From Desulfomonilia bacterium (GTDB lineage Bacteria > Desulfobacterota > Desulfomonilia > UBA1062): a stretch of 64,000 bases of DNA. The stretch covers positions 1 through 64,000 of the forward strand of contig CAXXDQ010000005.1 in the NCBI GenBank assembly GCA_963664325.2, read 5' to 3'. Below the pieces are notes generated by a model. That model searched no databases, was not told where the DNA came from, and saw only the letters and a program-made list of their open reading frames with translations. Both the position numbers and the translations under genes were made by a program. Positions 9,476 to 21,681 of the stretch are shown one piece after another. The number at the start of each line of letters is the position of its first letter. Position 1 is the first letter of the stretch.

Positions 9476-12023
9476 ATGAGCGAATCAAGGGTATCGTGGG
9501 ATGAATCGACCGGCGAATATGTTGACAGCTCGATCATCAGGGGATTTCCGCTAGGCGGAATAGGTTCGGGCGGCATAACTATCGGTTCCGATGGCTCTTT
9601 TATCGAGGCCCGCTGTAACAACAACTGGATGAATCCTGTCAGGAATCTAAGGGGCTGTTTTTTTGCAGTGCATACTTCACAGGGAATCATAAAGAAAAGC
9701 CGCATCCTGCGCAGGGGATATGAGAGCGAATTCGGCAATATCGAGGGCATTGCCTCGACAAGGTTCAGGGGCGAATTACCTGAGTTCGAACTATGGTTTA
9801 AAGACAGCCTGCCGGTTGAGACCGCACTCTTTGGGTTCACACCGCACATCCCCCATAATATGAAAGATTCAACGATCCCGGCCGCGTTATTCTCCGTGAG
9901 GATCAGGAACATTTCGAATAAACCTGTTTTCATATCCGTGCTCTTTTCCTGGCAGAACATCCTGGGCTGCGGAGGAACAGGCCAGACCGGAATGATCATG
10001 CGAAGAAAGAGGGTGCCTGTCGGGCTGAGGGGAAAATTGACATACAGCGATGTGACCGGCAATTTCCAGGAGGCAGCAGATGCCGGTGTTATGCCCGCCA
10101 TAGCCTTCAAGACGAAACAATCGTTCGATCCGAAATCACACAGATACAGCGTACTGGGAGAATACCTCATTGCCGCCGATCCGCCGGACGGGTTCAGGGC
10201 CGATATCTGCGAAGGCTATGATGCAGGGGAATTGGCGCCCGCGATGCTGGACAGTTTTGTGAGGTCCGGCAGGATTAGTTCTCCTTCTGCGCCCGTTGTC
10301 GGTTCCGATAACGTAAGACCCGGAGCCGCTGTTGCAGTCCACGGAAACCTTGAGCCCGGAGGAAGCGCGGAACTGCCGTTTGATCTTATCTGGTGGACTC
10401 CGGGACATGTTACAGAAAAAAAACCCAAACTGAACTTAAAGAAAGGGATTCACGACGGTATAAGGGCCGGTCATGTTTATGAGGAATTTTTTAACGGCAG
10501 CACTGATGTTGCAGAATACCTGAAATCCCGGAGGAAAACGCCTTTACAGCGAATCCATGGAGCTGCCCGCCCTGCTTGATGAATCAAATCTGCCTGAATG
10601 GCTAAAACGATCAATAAAGAATTCAATTGATTCTGTCCTGTGCAACACCGTAGTCCCCGGGGACGGCCGTCTTTATACAATAGAGGGCATGGATTGGCCC
10701 TGGCCCTACGGCGGCCTGACAGGCACCAACGACCAGAGGATTTCTTCCCATCCTTACACGTCCGTTTTCTTCACCAGGCTCGACAGATCCGAACTGGATA
10801 CTTTCAGGAAGCTCACTGACGAACGGGGTTCGGTGCCGCACGGAAACGGCAACTGCGACCTTGCCCTGGGGGATGCGTCTGTCCCGTACGGCTGGCCCGA
10901 GGAGATAGTATTCGTCCTTGCGGCCAAGGAATGGACCGACCTTGCCGCAAGCGAGATCATACAGGCAGGAAAGATATTTCGGATGACCGGGGAGATTAAA
11001 TGGCTGGAGCTGTTCTGGCCCGACCTGAAACGCATGGCTGAATATATGGATAAAAACTGTGTTCATGGTGTTCCGGAGGGCGGCACGACCTATGACATCT
11101 GGCATTTCCCGGGTTCATTCATTTACTCGGCCACGGTTTATCTGGCAGCGCTTGGGATGATGGCAGACCTTGCGGAACAGATCGAACCAGGACTTGAAAC
11201 AATATACAGGAAACGCTCCGAAACATGCAAAAAACGCATCGATGAAGCCCTGTGGGACAAAGACAGGGGATATTTCAAAAGTTCGCCAGAGAGGCCTACA
11301 ATGTTCTGTGCCGCACTGGCCGGAGACTGGATAAGCCGGTATTCCGGACTGGGGCCCGTGCTTGAGCCCGAGAAGGCTGCAAGACACATGAACCTCGCAT
11401 ATAAACTTCTTATTGACGGGGCAAAAAATCTGCCCCGGTTTAAAGGCGCATTGCCCAAACCCATTGCCGAGATGACGCTTTCCGGCAGGGAGAAACTTGT
11501 ATTGCGAGGCTTTTTTGACGGCAACGTCCACCAGATATACATCTGGCAGGTCATAAGCTATCAGGCCTGCGAGCATATATATCTGGGTCAGGTTAAAGAA
11601 GGTCTGGATACGCTGAACATGATTTACTCACGGCTGGAAAAACTGGGTTATACCTTCAGCGCGAGCCTGACAGGCGAAACCGAGAGCATATACATGACAC
11701 ATCCCGTTGCCTGGTCTGTTCTGAATGCCTTTACCGGTGCTGCGCTCGATGTACCCAGGGGCATTTTACATCTCGGTCCGAGGATGATTCCGGGTGAAAG
11801 ACTGTTCAGGGTGCCGGTTTTCTTCCCGGGATTCTGGGCGATGCTGGAATATGATCCTGACAGGTTCCTGGCTGCAATCGATGTCAGGAAACATTTCGGT
11901 AAACCGGTTCTTATAAAATCTCTAATTTTCGATCAGGCCAAAGGAGGATCAAAAGAAATTTTGCTTGAAAAACCGATGCTGTTGGAGCAGGGTAGCAGGA
12001 TAACCATCAAGCTTGCATCGTGA
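9476..12023 (+). CDS. GH116 (GBA2-like) beta-glucosidase/xylosidase, frameshifted
   Basis: N-terminal GFPLGGIGSG and DSTIPAALF; catalytic-region motifs YTIEG, TNDQR, TTYDIW, AGDW. An extra A near 10537 splits 9476..10579 and 10557..12023. Confidence 0.75.
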
Positions 12024-12089
12024 GCAGCGCGCAGCAAACCAACAGCTTCTTGGAAACAGCATTTTCAGATGAAGTCAGGGGAGGAATGC

Positions 12090-13349
12090 ATGGAAAAGGT
12101 TAAGGTTTACGGGTACCGCTGGGTTGTTCTTGCAGTCTTTATGCTCATAAACGGTATCATGCAGATGCACTGGATAAACTTCGCGCCGATAACTACCGAA
12201 GCGGTCAAATTCTACCATGTTACGCCGCTGCAGATCGGACTGTTCTCAATGAGCTTCATGATAATGTTCCTGTTCATGTGCATACCGGCGTCTTATGTAA
12301 TCGATACATACGGCACCAGGATCGGTGTCGGCATAGGCGCCGTACTTACTGCTATATTCGGCATGACCAAGGGCATATATGCGGACAGCTACAATGCCAT
12401 CCTGATCTCTTCATTCGGGCTGGCGGTCGCCCAGCCGTTTATAATGAATGCCATGACCAAGGTCGCGGCCGACTGGTTCCCGCTGGAAGAGCGGGCAACT
12501 GCCGCCGGGCTAGGCGCGCTTTCTCAGTACCTGGGATTTGTTGTAGCCATGGCGCTCACGCCTATTCTGTTAAAGATCCAGGGAATGAAGGGGATGCTGA
12601 TGTCCTACGGTTTTGCATCGGTAGCGATTGCAGTTCTCTTCTTTATCTTTATAAAAGACAAACCGCCCACGCCGCCCACTCTCAGGCATGAAGTCCGTCA
12701 CAGCGTTTACATGGGCCTGAAGCACATGTTCAAGATCAAGGATATGATACTGCTGCTGATCCTCTTTTTCATAGGGCTCGGGATGTTCAATGCCGTAACG
12801 ACATGGATAGAACAGATTCTGATGCCAAGGGGCATCAATGCAGAACAGGCTGGGCTCATCGGGGCCGCAATGATAGTCGGCGGGATTATAGGCGCGGTTA
12901 TAATCCCCATTCTTTCGGACAAGCGGAGAAAGAGGAAGCCGTTCCTTGTCCTTTGCATGATTGGCATAATACCGGGACTGGCGGGGTTGACCTTCCTGAG
13001 CGGCTTTGTTCCGCTCCTGATAGCGGGTTTCGTCCTCGGCTTCTTCATCATGAGTGCGGGCCCCGTAGGTTTCCAGTACGGAGCGGAGGTCAGTTTCCCC
13101 ACGCCCGAGTCGACATCGCAGGGGATGATTATCCTCTCGGGCCAGATCTCAGGAATTATCTTTATCTTTGCGATGGATAAATTCAGGAGCCCCGTGACAG
13201 GCTCAATGACTCCATTCATGATCGCATTCCTTGTACTCATGATTATCAGCGCCCTTGCGGCGGCATTCATGAAGGAATCGCCCATGATAATGTCTGCAAC
13301 GGAACTCGCCGAGAAGACTGAAGAAGCGATTGAAAAAATGGCTGAATAA
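12090..13349 (+). CDS. MFS transporter
   Basis: About 12 TM helices; YGYRWVVL, WFPLEERATA, LSDKRRKRKPFL. Confidence 0.85.
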   Translation: MEKVKVYGYRWVVLAVFMLINGIMQMHWINFAPITTEAVKFYHVTPLQIGLFSMSFMIMFLFMCIPASYVIDTYGTRIGVGIGAVLTAIFGMTKGIYADSYNAILISSFGLAVAQPFIMNAMTKVAADWFPLEERATAAGLGALSQYLGFVVAMALTPILLKIQGMKGMLMSYGFASVAIAVLFFIFIKDKPPTPPTLRHEVRHSVYMGLKHMFKIKDMILLLILFFIGLGMFNAVTTWIEQILMPRGINAEQAGLIGAAMIVGGIIGAVIIPILSDKRRKRKPFLVLCMIGIIPGLAGLTFLSGFVPLLIAGFVLGFFIMSAGPVGFQYGAEVSFPTPESTSQGMIILSGQISGIIFIFAMDKFRSPVTGSMTPFMIAFLVLMIISALAAAFMKESPMIMSATELAEKTEEAIEKMAE

Positions 13350-13374
13350 GCAGCAGGCTAATCCTGCTGCTTTT
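13348..13374. terminator. Intrinsic terminator between convergent genes
   Basis: AAGCAGCAGG-ctaat-CCTGCTGCTT followed by TT, directly after the MFS stop. Confidence 0.65.
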
Positions 13375-14065
13375 CCATCTTCCTTTTATTGTGCTTGTAG
13401 CGCTGCTGAATGATTTCCACGAACAGGGCAAATCCCATCGGCAGGTAGATGTACGCCTTGGGTACATGCTGATGTGTGCCTTCCAGGAAAATCGTCACAC
13501 CGATTGTAATGAGAAATGAAAGCGCCAGGATTTTGAGCGACGGCCGCTTTATGATGAATTCGCCTATGGGTTTTGCAAAGGCAAGTATTGCCAGGAAGGA
13601 AATTATGACAGCGCTGATTATGACCCAGAGCCTTCCGGTCAGACCGATTGCAGTAATAACCGAGTCGATTGAAAAGACGATATCCATGAGGACGATCTGG
13701 GTTATTACGCCGGTAAAGCTGTTGTATACCTTACCTGAAATGCCTTCAAGTTCCTCCTTGAGCTCTACCGTGTGGTGAATTTCCCTGACCGCCTTGTAAA
13801 TCAGGAAAAGCCCTCCTGAAAGCAGGATAATGTCGCGGACCGAGTAGCTGAGGACTATCGGACTTGTCAGGCCCGCAAGCTTGATCAGTATAAAGAGCAT
13901 CAGTATCCTTGCAAGCAGGGCGACTCCGAGGCCGGTGATCCTGGCCTTGTTTCTCACTGCATCGGGGAGCTTCCCTACGAAAATCGAAATGACCAGGATA
14001 TTGTCGACACCGAGCACAAGTTCAAGGCCGACAAGGAGGAGCAGCAAGGCTATGGCATCGTACAT
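13358..14065 (-). CDS. TerC family membrane protein
   Basis: LELVLGVDNI, QIVLMDIVFSIDSVITAIG, PKAYIY. Confidence 0.9.
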   Translation of the reverse strand: MYDAIALLLLLVGLELVLGVDNILVISIFVGKLPDAVRNKARITGLGVALLARILMLFILIKLAGLTSPIVLSYSVRDIILLSGGLFLIYKAVREIHHTVELKEELEGISGKVYNSFTGVITQIVLMDIVFSIDSVITAIGLTGRLWVIISAVIISFLAILAFAKPIGEFIIKRPSLKILALSFLITIGVTIFLEGTHQHVPKAYIYLPMGFALFVEIIQQRYKHNKRKMEKQQD

Positions 14066-14084
14066 AGGACCTTCCTGGATTTTT

Positions 14085-14729
14085 TCATTTTTCCGCCCAT
14101 CTCTTTATGGCGTTTACCGTAACAAGTCCGGTAGCTATGTTTATCCCATGCTCCATTGAAGGGTCCGCTTTAAGCGCCATCCTGAGCACCCAGCTTGATT
14201 CCCTTATATCGGTATACAGTGTATAAACAAGGACCGTCCTGTTTTCTTCCAGAGGAAAAAGTTCCCAGCGCCAGGCGCCGGTTTTGATATCGCCTTTGTC
14301 GTTTTCCGGCCGGATTTCCACCTTTGTGTAAGGAATATTGTGATGCCTCAGCGTGTACACGAAGTCCGGTCCGGGCAGGTCGATAGTATAATTGAGAACG
14401 GCATCGTTGCCCTCCCTAGAAAGGACTACAATCTTGTTTGTCTTGGGCATTAACTCATTGTAATGGTCATAATCGGTCACGGCGTCCCAGGTCTTTCTGG
14501 CGCTGGCGTTCACGATGCTTATAATGCTGGCCTGCTTGAATTTCCCGTCTTTCTGGGAGTTGACCCATATGATTTCGCCCTTTTCCAGCATGGGGGCCAT
14601 TGCCTTTACGTCAAACTTTTCGGGCAAGGGAGCAAGTTCGATTTTTCGTGGTTTGGCCGATGCATGGGCAGCTAATGCCAATCCCAGTATGATTATTGCT
14701 AAAACCGTTTTCAGATGCGGGCTGATCAC
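14085..14729 (-). CDS. Exported SRPBCC/polyketide cyclase-type lipid-binding protein
   Basis: GTG start with AAGGA RBS; signal peptide; WDAVTDYDHYNELMP, GAWRWEL. Confidence 0.65.
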   Translation of the reverse strand: MISPHLKTVLAIIILGLALAAHASAKPRKIELAPLPEKFDVKAMAPMLEKGEIIWVNSQKDGKFKQASIISIVNASARKTWDAVTDYDHYNELMPKTNKIVVLSREGNDAVLNYTIDLPGPDFVYTLRHHNIPYTKVEIRPENDKGDIKTGAWRWELFPLEENRTVLVYTLYTDIRESSWVLRMALKADPSMEHGINIATGLVTVNAIKRWAEK

Positions 14730-14739
14730 GGTATTGTCC

Positions 14740-15564
14740 TTATTCCAATTTTGCCAGGAATACCAGGAGCTGTTCCGCCACGACCTTTCTGCCGAGAGCG
14801 TTGAGGTGTCCGCCGTCATCGGTATATTCGGGGCAGAGGATCATGATCCGGTTTCCTTTATCTTCAAAGAAACAGAGATTTTTATCAGGAGATACGGCCT
14901 CAAGCCTTGCCAGGTCGAATACGGGCTCCTTTCCTTCATAGGCCGACCTCAAGAGATCATTATATCTGTTTCTTGATATATTGTTCTCTTTGCTTGGCTC
15001 TATCCCTACAGCCTTCTTTACCCAGTATTTTATATTTTTATCAGGCAGCCTGAAAGGCACTGTAACATGAATAAAAATGACCCCCGGATATGCAGCCTTG
15101 AGAACGGACATTGCCTGTTGATAGGTACTGAAAAGGGATTTCACATCTGTTGATTTGTTGATGTCTATGTAACAGAATTTGAAAAAGGCAATGTCGGAAT
15201 TATTGCCTGTTCCTGATTTGATCAGGTTGGAAAAGGCTTCAATCTTTGACAAAGGCTGTTCGTTCCTGCCGATTTCAATATGTTCGAATGTTCCGGGTTT
15301 AAGGTCTCCGGGTTTGTCTGAGTTCAATATGACAAGCTTGATCTCCTTATTGGACTCCAGGATATCCGCCATCCCTTGGACGATGTTTCCACCTACAGAC
15401 TGGTGGCCGAAAAAAATCCGTTTCTTGGACAGGCTGGCCCACTGCGTTGTATTTATATTTCTGATGTCACCATAGCTGAAGTCGTCTTTCACGATCCCGC
15501 TCCTTTCGCATCCGGCTGCCGTCAGCAGAAAGAACAGTGAAGCAAGCCCTATTATTCTTTTCAT
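14740..15564 (-). CDS. Lipoprotein, SGNH-hydrolase-like
   Basis: Lipobox AAGC; FFGHQSVG, FKFCYID, YTDDGGHLN. Confidence 0.6.
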   Translation of the reverse strand: MKRIIGLASLFFLLTAAGCERSGIVKDDFSYGDIRNINTTQWASLSKKRIFFGHQSVGGNIVQGMADILESNKEIKLVILNSDKPGDLKPGTFEHIEIGRNEQPLSKIEAFSNLIKSGTGNNSDIAFFKFCYIDINKSTDVKSLFSTYQQAMSVLKAAYPGVIFIHVTVPFRLPDKNIKYWVKKAVGIEPSKENNISRNRYNDLLRSAYEGKEPVFDLARLEAVSPDKNLCFFEDKGNRIMILCPEYTDDGGHLNALGRKVVAEQLLVFLAKLE

Positions 15565-15634
15565 CAGGTCCTCCATTGGTATACCTTGAGCTGACTTTAA
15601 GGCCAATTTATAAAATCCAGTGGCAAATCTCCAT

Positions 15635-15670
15635 AAAAAAATCTCTCCCGCGAGAAGGGGGAGAGATTTC
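15635..15670 (-). terminator. Intrinsic terminator after the S8-like gene
   Basis: Minus strand: AAATCTCTCCC...GGGAGAGATTT followed by a T run. Confidence 0.7.
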
Positions 15671-15701
15671 ATGTAAGTCCGGGAACCGGACTGTCTGTAT
15701 T

Positions 15702-18700
15702 TTAAATTCCGCCTGACACTGCCGTGCTCATGAAGCACAGGCCGCTTGAGCCGCTGCTGCCGCCATCGGATGCCTCCTCTGATTTGATGCTTGACATGCT
15801 TATACTGACCGGGAGACCCATGTTACCGGCAGCATCAACAGCCCGGATGCTGAATTCCGTCGTTCCTTCCGGAACCGGGATGAATTCCCATGCGCCTGCC
15901 GATGCCTTTGCAGTGAATTCCGAGACTCCTCCTGGCAGAAACTCAACAATATATTTTAACGCCTTCCCCTGATACCAGTCATCACCGGGCGCCCTGAACG
16001 AGAGCTCCCTGTTTGCGGCATCATAAGATATATCCCGAACAACTCCCGGAGGCCTTGTATCCGTGCCATAAAGGCCCGAATTCCATTCGTCATGCTGATT
16101 GTGCCACCACTCGGTGTTGGCTGCAGCCTTGCCCCTGGTGTTCCACACCGACAGGTATCCTTCCCGGGTGAGCATGACAAGTTCTGTCAGGCCGTCCCCG
16201 TCGATATCGCCCGCACTGGGCGACCACAGCGCCCATCCTGTTGTGAATTTGGGGAAGCCTTCGGCCTGCGACCCTCCCTCGGTATAGGCATGCAGTGCGG
16301 ACGAATCGCCGGCATCTATTATCTCGGCTTTACCGTCACCCGTGACATCCGCGATAATCGGCGCGCCTATGAAATTGAGCCCCTGGAAAAATGTCGGGAA
16401 CCCGTTCCTCGCCTTTCCTGTCTGGGCATCAACTACCCTTTCGAAGTTTTTCAGCCATGTACCCCTGCCCGGTGTCAGTATGGATAAGAGGATCCCCTGT
16501 ATGCCCGAGCCGGTCTGGGCAAAGGTGAGTCCGCCGCCGAATCTGCCGAATGCGCCGGTTGTCGTGAAGCTCATCGGCATGTCTGTCGTCAGTGCAGTAA
16601 CCATGTCCACAACGTCTGCGGCCTTGGGCAGCGGGTTAAATCCGCTGTTGTACTGCGTTATTATCTTGCCGTTCCCGTCGACAAGCCAGGGATGTGAAAA
16701 CATCGGGCTGACCACGATTTCGTCCTTGCCGTCACCGTTGACATCACAGGCTACAGGAGCGCCTGATCCTTCGGTCACGAATTCCTGGGCAGAGCCATAA
16801 TAAATGGCCATGCCGTCTAGCTCAACCGGCCAGCCCTTAACGACTGAACCGTCGTTTCGATAGGCGATCATGTGCATCTTGTACATTATCTGCAGGTCCG
16901 GGGCCTTTGTATAGTTGTAGTTGGTCCTGACCACGATCTCGAATTTGCCGTCACCGTCAAGGTCTGCAATGCAGGGGGTGTTTGTTATCTTCTGGTCGTT
17001 GATCAGCTGATAACCCTTGGCAACCGGATAGTTCGGCCCCAGTTCGATCTTCTTCGGCCATCCGGCCAGATATGAGCCGTCCGCATTCCAGACGTGAAGA
17101 TATCCGTCCCAGCCGGCCTGGATGATCTCTAGCCCGGGTTTTCCATCGATGTTGAACAATACCGGTGAAGAGAAGGCGCCGCGGGTGGCAAGCCTTGAAA
17201 GCCAGAGCTTCTTCCTGGGGTTGTCTGGTGTTGTGACGCCAGTGTCAAGTGTCTGCGGCCACCCAATCCTGGGATTGCCGTAGGCGTCATAGACATAAGT
17301 CCTTCCCGTTATTGTGGTTGCTACCACCCACTGCCTGCCGTCTGCGTCAAGGTCACCGACGCTTACATTGTTGACCATCGGTTCAAAGCGCGGATTGACG
17401 CCTGTATGCGATTTTGTCACTTCTGTCTGATTTGTAGTTGCCGGCCATCCGGGCAGTTCCCCGCCCGTCCTGGAATCTATGGCATGAACATAGCCGTCGG
17501 AATCGCCGAATACGATGGCCAGTCTTCCCTGTCCCTGGATGTCGGCAAGGCACGCCTGCGAATCGCCGCCGGGACCGATGTATTTCGGAAAAGGTTTTTT
17601 CCAGGAATCGTCATGATATATGTAAATGCTGCGGCGGTTTTCGCCCCTCAGAGATTTATTATCCTTGATCTTTGTATTGTCCCAAACAAGCAGCCGTATT
17701 GTAGCCGCATACTGCTCGGTTGTCGGGAGCTGTTTGGATGTGGAGAGGCTGAATTTAGTTTTGATAAAACTGTCAATCTCTTCCTTATACTGGCTGAGAT
17801 CGATCACGCCGAGCAGACCTTCGAAAGGCGCTGAACCCGTGTCTCCGGATATGCGCTTAAAATCGCTTTCCTGCGGTTCTGCGCCGAGCGCAAACTGAAG
17901 CTCCCACGAATAGTCCATTGACCGGTTTGCCGAGATCCTTCCCGAGACCGGTATGCTGGTTGTGACAGTCGGGTCGACAAGGGAGTACCACCTCGGAGAG
18001 TCGATCACGGCCACCGGCGGGATGAGATTATCATAGACGTCACTAACTGCTTTATAGACATTTGGTCTTCCGTAGCCGTATGCAAGGTTGAAGTCGCCCG
18101 GCTTTCCCGGCCAGGGGAGCCTGGTATCTTCAACATGGGATGAAGCGCCGATAAGAAGCTGGATAAGTTCAAAGCCGGTTATCGGCAGGCCTATGATTTT
18201 ATTTTCGTATGCGTCATCGGCGTCCGATTTTACCATGGCAACAACTCCGCCGAGCGTCGGAGTCGATTCCGATGTGGTTCCTCCCTGTGTAGAGACCGAG
18301 AACATGCTGTGCGTTCCCCATGATGTAACAGATGAGCGCTCCCTGAATGTCGTCGTCATTTTGCCGAATACGTTAAGCGGTTCGATTATACATGCCGTAT
18401 CCGGGACGAGCCCGTTGCCCGGCAGCACGTTAGGATGGAACATTCCGCCCTGATGATCGGTGGAATTAAAATCATTTGACGATTCAACAATGACAAGCCC
18501 CTTTCTCGTGATGTAATCAATCGCTTCCTCCATGAATGTCGAAAACCCGAGGTCGGCGGTCGTCGAAACGATTATGCTTGCGCCGGCATCTGCCGCAAAG
18601 AGCCAGGCCTGCGCAAGGTCACTCGTCCTGTCAAGCGCCTCGCAACCGGCTTTGACAGGCATTAGCATGCAGTCGGGGCAGAAGCCCGCCTTGCCGAAGC

Positions 18701-19464
18701 CGTTGTTGGTGATGGCGGCGGCATTGACCATCTGGCCGTTGGCATGGGTGTATGAGGTATCATAGGTGGCAGGGTTGTTTTGATTGTTGTAAAAATCCCA
18801 GCCCGAAATGTCGTCTGTGTAACCGTTGCCGTCGTTGTCAACACCGTCGGAAAACTCTACAATCAGGTCTTCTGCGTCCAGGATGCCGTTATTATTATGG
18901 TCACCCGGAACCATGGCGTTGGGGTATTTATTTTTCATCATGTCATAATAGTCAGCAGCATTGAACCATCCGTCATGGTTGAGGTCAGCATGGACGGGGA
19001 TTCCGTTTTCTATGGCATTCGGCGGCAGCTCCCCCTTGTTAATGTAAATCTTGTCGGCAATATCCGGTACGGTTAAGGGATCATGCCAGTTTTATACCGC
19101 CTTCGACATACGCAATAACCACATCCGGCCTGCCGATTCCGTAACCGAACCTTTGTTCATTCCATGTCCGGGTCAGGGACATGCCCGGCGAGCCTTCCGG
19201 GTCGCTTGCAAACGGGAATCTGATAGGCTGACCTTCAATGAGCTTGGTTAGATCATCAAAGCTGGAAAGGAACTGGTACTGGAAATCCATCGGCGAATAG
19301 TCATTTGCGCTCTTGCCGCTCGCTGTTCCTGTGAATTGAGGGTCATCGGGGAAACCGTTAGAATATGGCTGTTTAGGATTATCCGCATATGGCTTCGCAA
19401 TGAACAAAACTGTCAGCATCAGTGAAAGGACAAGAGCACCGAATGCATACTTTTTAAATGCCAT
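15702..19464 (-). CDS. Large secreted S8 (subtilase)-like protein with FG-GAP repeats and a CFI-box-type C-terminal sorting signal, frameshifted
   Basis: DNDGNGYTDDISGWDF, YGYGR, several D.DGDG repeats, C-terminal GGSSGSSGLCFMSTA. An extra A near 19091 separates ORF 19081..19470 from the downstream frame (corrected reading VEGGINWHDP). Confidence 0.75.
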
Positions 19465-19484
19465 CTCCACCCCTCCTTTTTAAT

Positions 19485-21315
19485 TCATCGTGTGAATAAT
19501 TTATTATAAAGTGAGATTACGTCTTTTGTATTCCCGGGTATTTTCCAGGTGCGCCTTATGAGCCTTCCCGGGGTTTTCCCGGTGAGTTCGCCGTTGTCGA
19601 CCACCACCTGACCGTTAACTATTACCTTGCTGAATCCCAGAGGCTTGAGCTCAAGCATGCCGTCTTCAGCCCTTGCGCGGTCTATGATTTTATTCTGGTC
19701 AAAGATGACTATATCCGCATCGCAGCCTTCCTGGAGCCGGCCTTTCTTTGAAAGTCCCATCCAGCGTGCCGGAGCGATGGTCGCCCTGAAAAGGGCATCC
19801 TTCATGCCGAGGGCCTGCTCTTCCCTTGACCAGTGTCCGATAAGCCTTGAGAAGCAGGCATACGTCCTCGGCTCGACCAAAACCTGATTTGCTTTATTGA
19901 CGGATATTCCGCCGTCGTTGCCCATGAAGATGAATGGTTTGGTAAGCGCAAGTTTAGTTGCAGCAGGGGCGACGATATTACACCAGACCCTCAAAGAGAT
20001 GGAGGTTGAGTCTTTACCGACCTTAAGCGTCTTGTTTGCAAAGCCGTTGACAAGGGCTTCCGCATCCTCGACTGAAGTAAGCCTCCTGTATGCCTCCCAG
20101 AAGACGACGTCATTTGAATCGTCTCCATCGTTATCGTTATAATAAACGGTTTCTGCAGGCCAGAGCTGCCCGGGCTTGATCCCGCCGAGTGTCATCAGTA
20201 CGCCGGGCGGTATTGTCCCGAACTGGGTCAGCGCGAGCAGGTCATTCGAAAAAGTATCAAACCCGATTATATCCGCGGCGACCGGCAGCCCGTCTTCACT
20301 GATCGCCTTATCTATTTTATCCAGCACCCATGCCATCGAGCCGTTAAGGCTCACATCCGTCGCATGTGAGATTATCATTGGCGCCCCTGATTCCCTGCAG
20401 ACATCAAGGGCCTCGGTGACGCTGTTCCCGAAGAGTATCATGTTGGGGCCCTTTGAAGAGCCTTCCACGGGAGCCCATGGGTTAAGCACGTTCCATGTGT
20501 TGAAGGTCGGCATCCGCATGTGGATGGCGGACATGCCGCCCATCTTTCTGCTTTCCGTCGCCAGGGCTGCCATAGCCTTTTTTTGTCGTTCCCGGGTCAT
20601 AGAACGGTCCGAAAGACACACCGAATGTTCCCATCGCCATCTGATCTTCAAGCATCCCGACCATTGCCTCTATCTGTGCGTCGTTTTCTTCCTGCTGATG
20701 CGCCAGGCCTGCATCGCCTCTTAACGTGATATTGCCGGTAAGCGTGCCGTAATTGTTATACAGGCCGCCTTCTTCAACAATTCCCAGATATTCAGGCAGG
20801 CTCAACCCGATCTTGTTGCTGATGATGATATCGCCGAATTTCAATTCAACACCTGTGGCAGAGAGGCCGCAGTTCCCTCCGAGCCAGAATGTGATGCCGT
20901 CCTGTACAAAGGCCTTGCTCGATTCGAAAACCATGTTATTGCCCGTACCGCTGCCTTCATGCGTGTGCGTGTTGATGAAGCCGGGTGAAACGATCAGGCC
21001 TGTTGCGTCAATTTCTGTGCATCCTTCCCCGCAGGCGAGCTTGGCGTTTCCCGAAATGATTTTTCTTATGACGCCGTCTTTTATTCCCACTGTCGCGACT
21101 TCGTCCCTGGCTGTCTCCGGATCTATGACGCGCCCGCCGGTGATAACCATGTCGAAGTTGATGACTTCTTCCGGCGTGCTTCCGCCGGGGGTGTTGATGT
21201 TCTGGCCGCTGTCAGTGACGTCTGTTCCGTCCCCGCTGCTGCTGCAGCCGGAACCTAAGAACAATCCGGCAATCAATAGAAGGTAAACGATACTCTTGTT
21301 GCATTTAAAAAACAT
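19485..21315 (-). CDS. Amidohydrolase (D-aminoacylase-like) lipoprotein, frameshifted
   Basis: Lipobox GSGC; GGRVIDP, PGFINTHTH, GNCG, KGRLQEGCDADIVIFD. An A7 run near 20580 should be A6. Confidence 0.75.
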
Positions 21316-21681
21316 ATGAGCCCCCTCAAACAGTTCATTTAAGCCGAGAATATGTAACCAAGCCTAATATTTTATAAGATATCGAGAGTTGGGGATTTGT
21401 CAATAAGAAAGACCGCAAAGTCGATGAATATATTTCAAATTCAGTACGATCAGTCTTTTATTGATTAAACCGAAACAAATCTTTTAAATTGCAACAATGT
21501 TCAAGGACTTTATGCGAAATGTTTGATAATGGATTATAAAATAATATTGCAATTGATACCGGCCGTGAACGGTTCTGTCGGAGTTTACCTGATTGGTGCA
21601 GTTGCTAAGAGACAGGGTGACGCATTTAAACGGGGCTTGGATGCTGTCGGACCGGAAGACCGGGCAATATAAAGTGAGGTC

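Noticed and set aside
21553-21672. Possible 39-codon ORF before the beta-propeller hydrolase
   Set aside because: TTG start with no RBS and no supporting motif.
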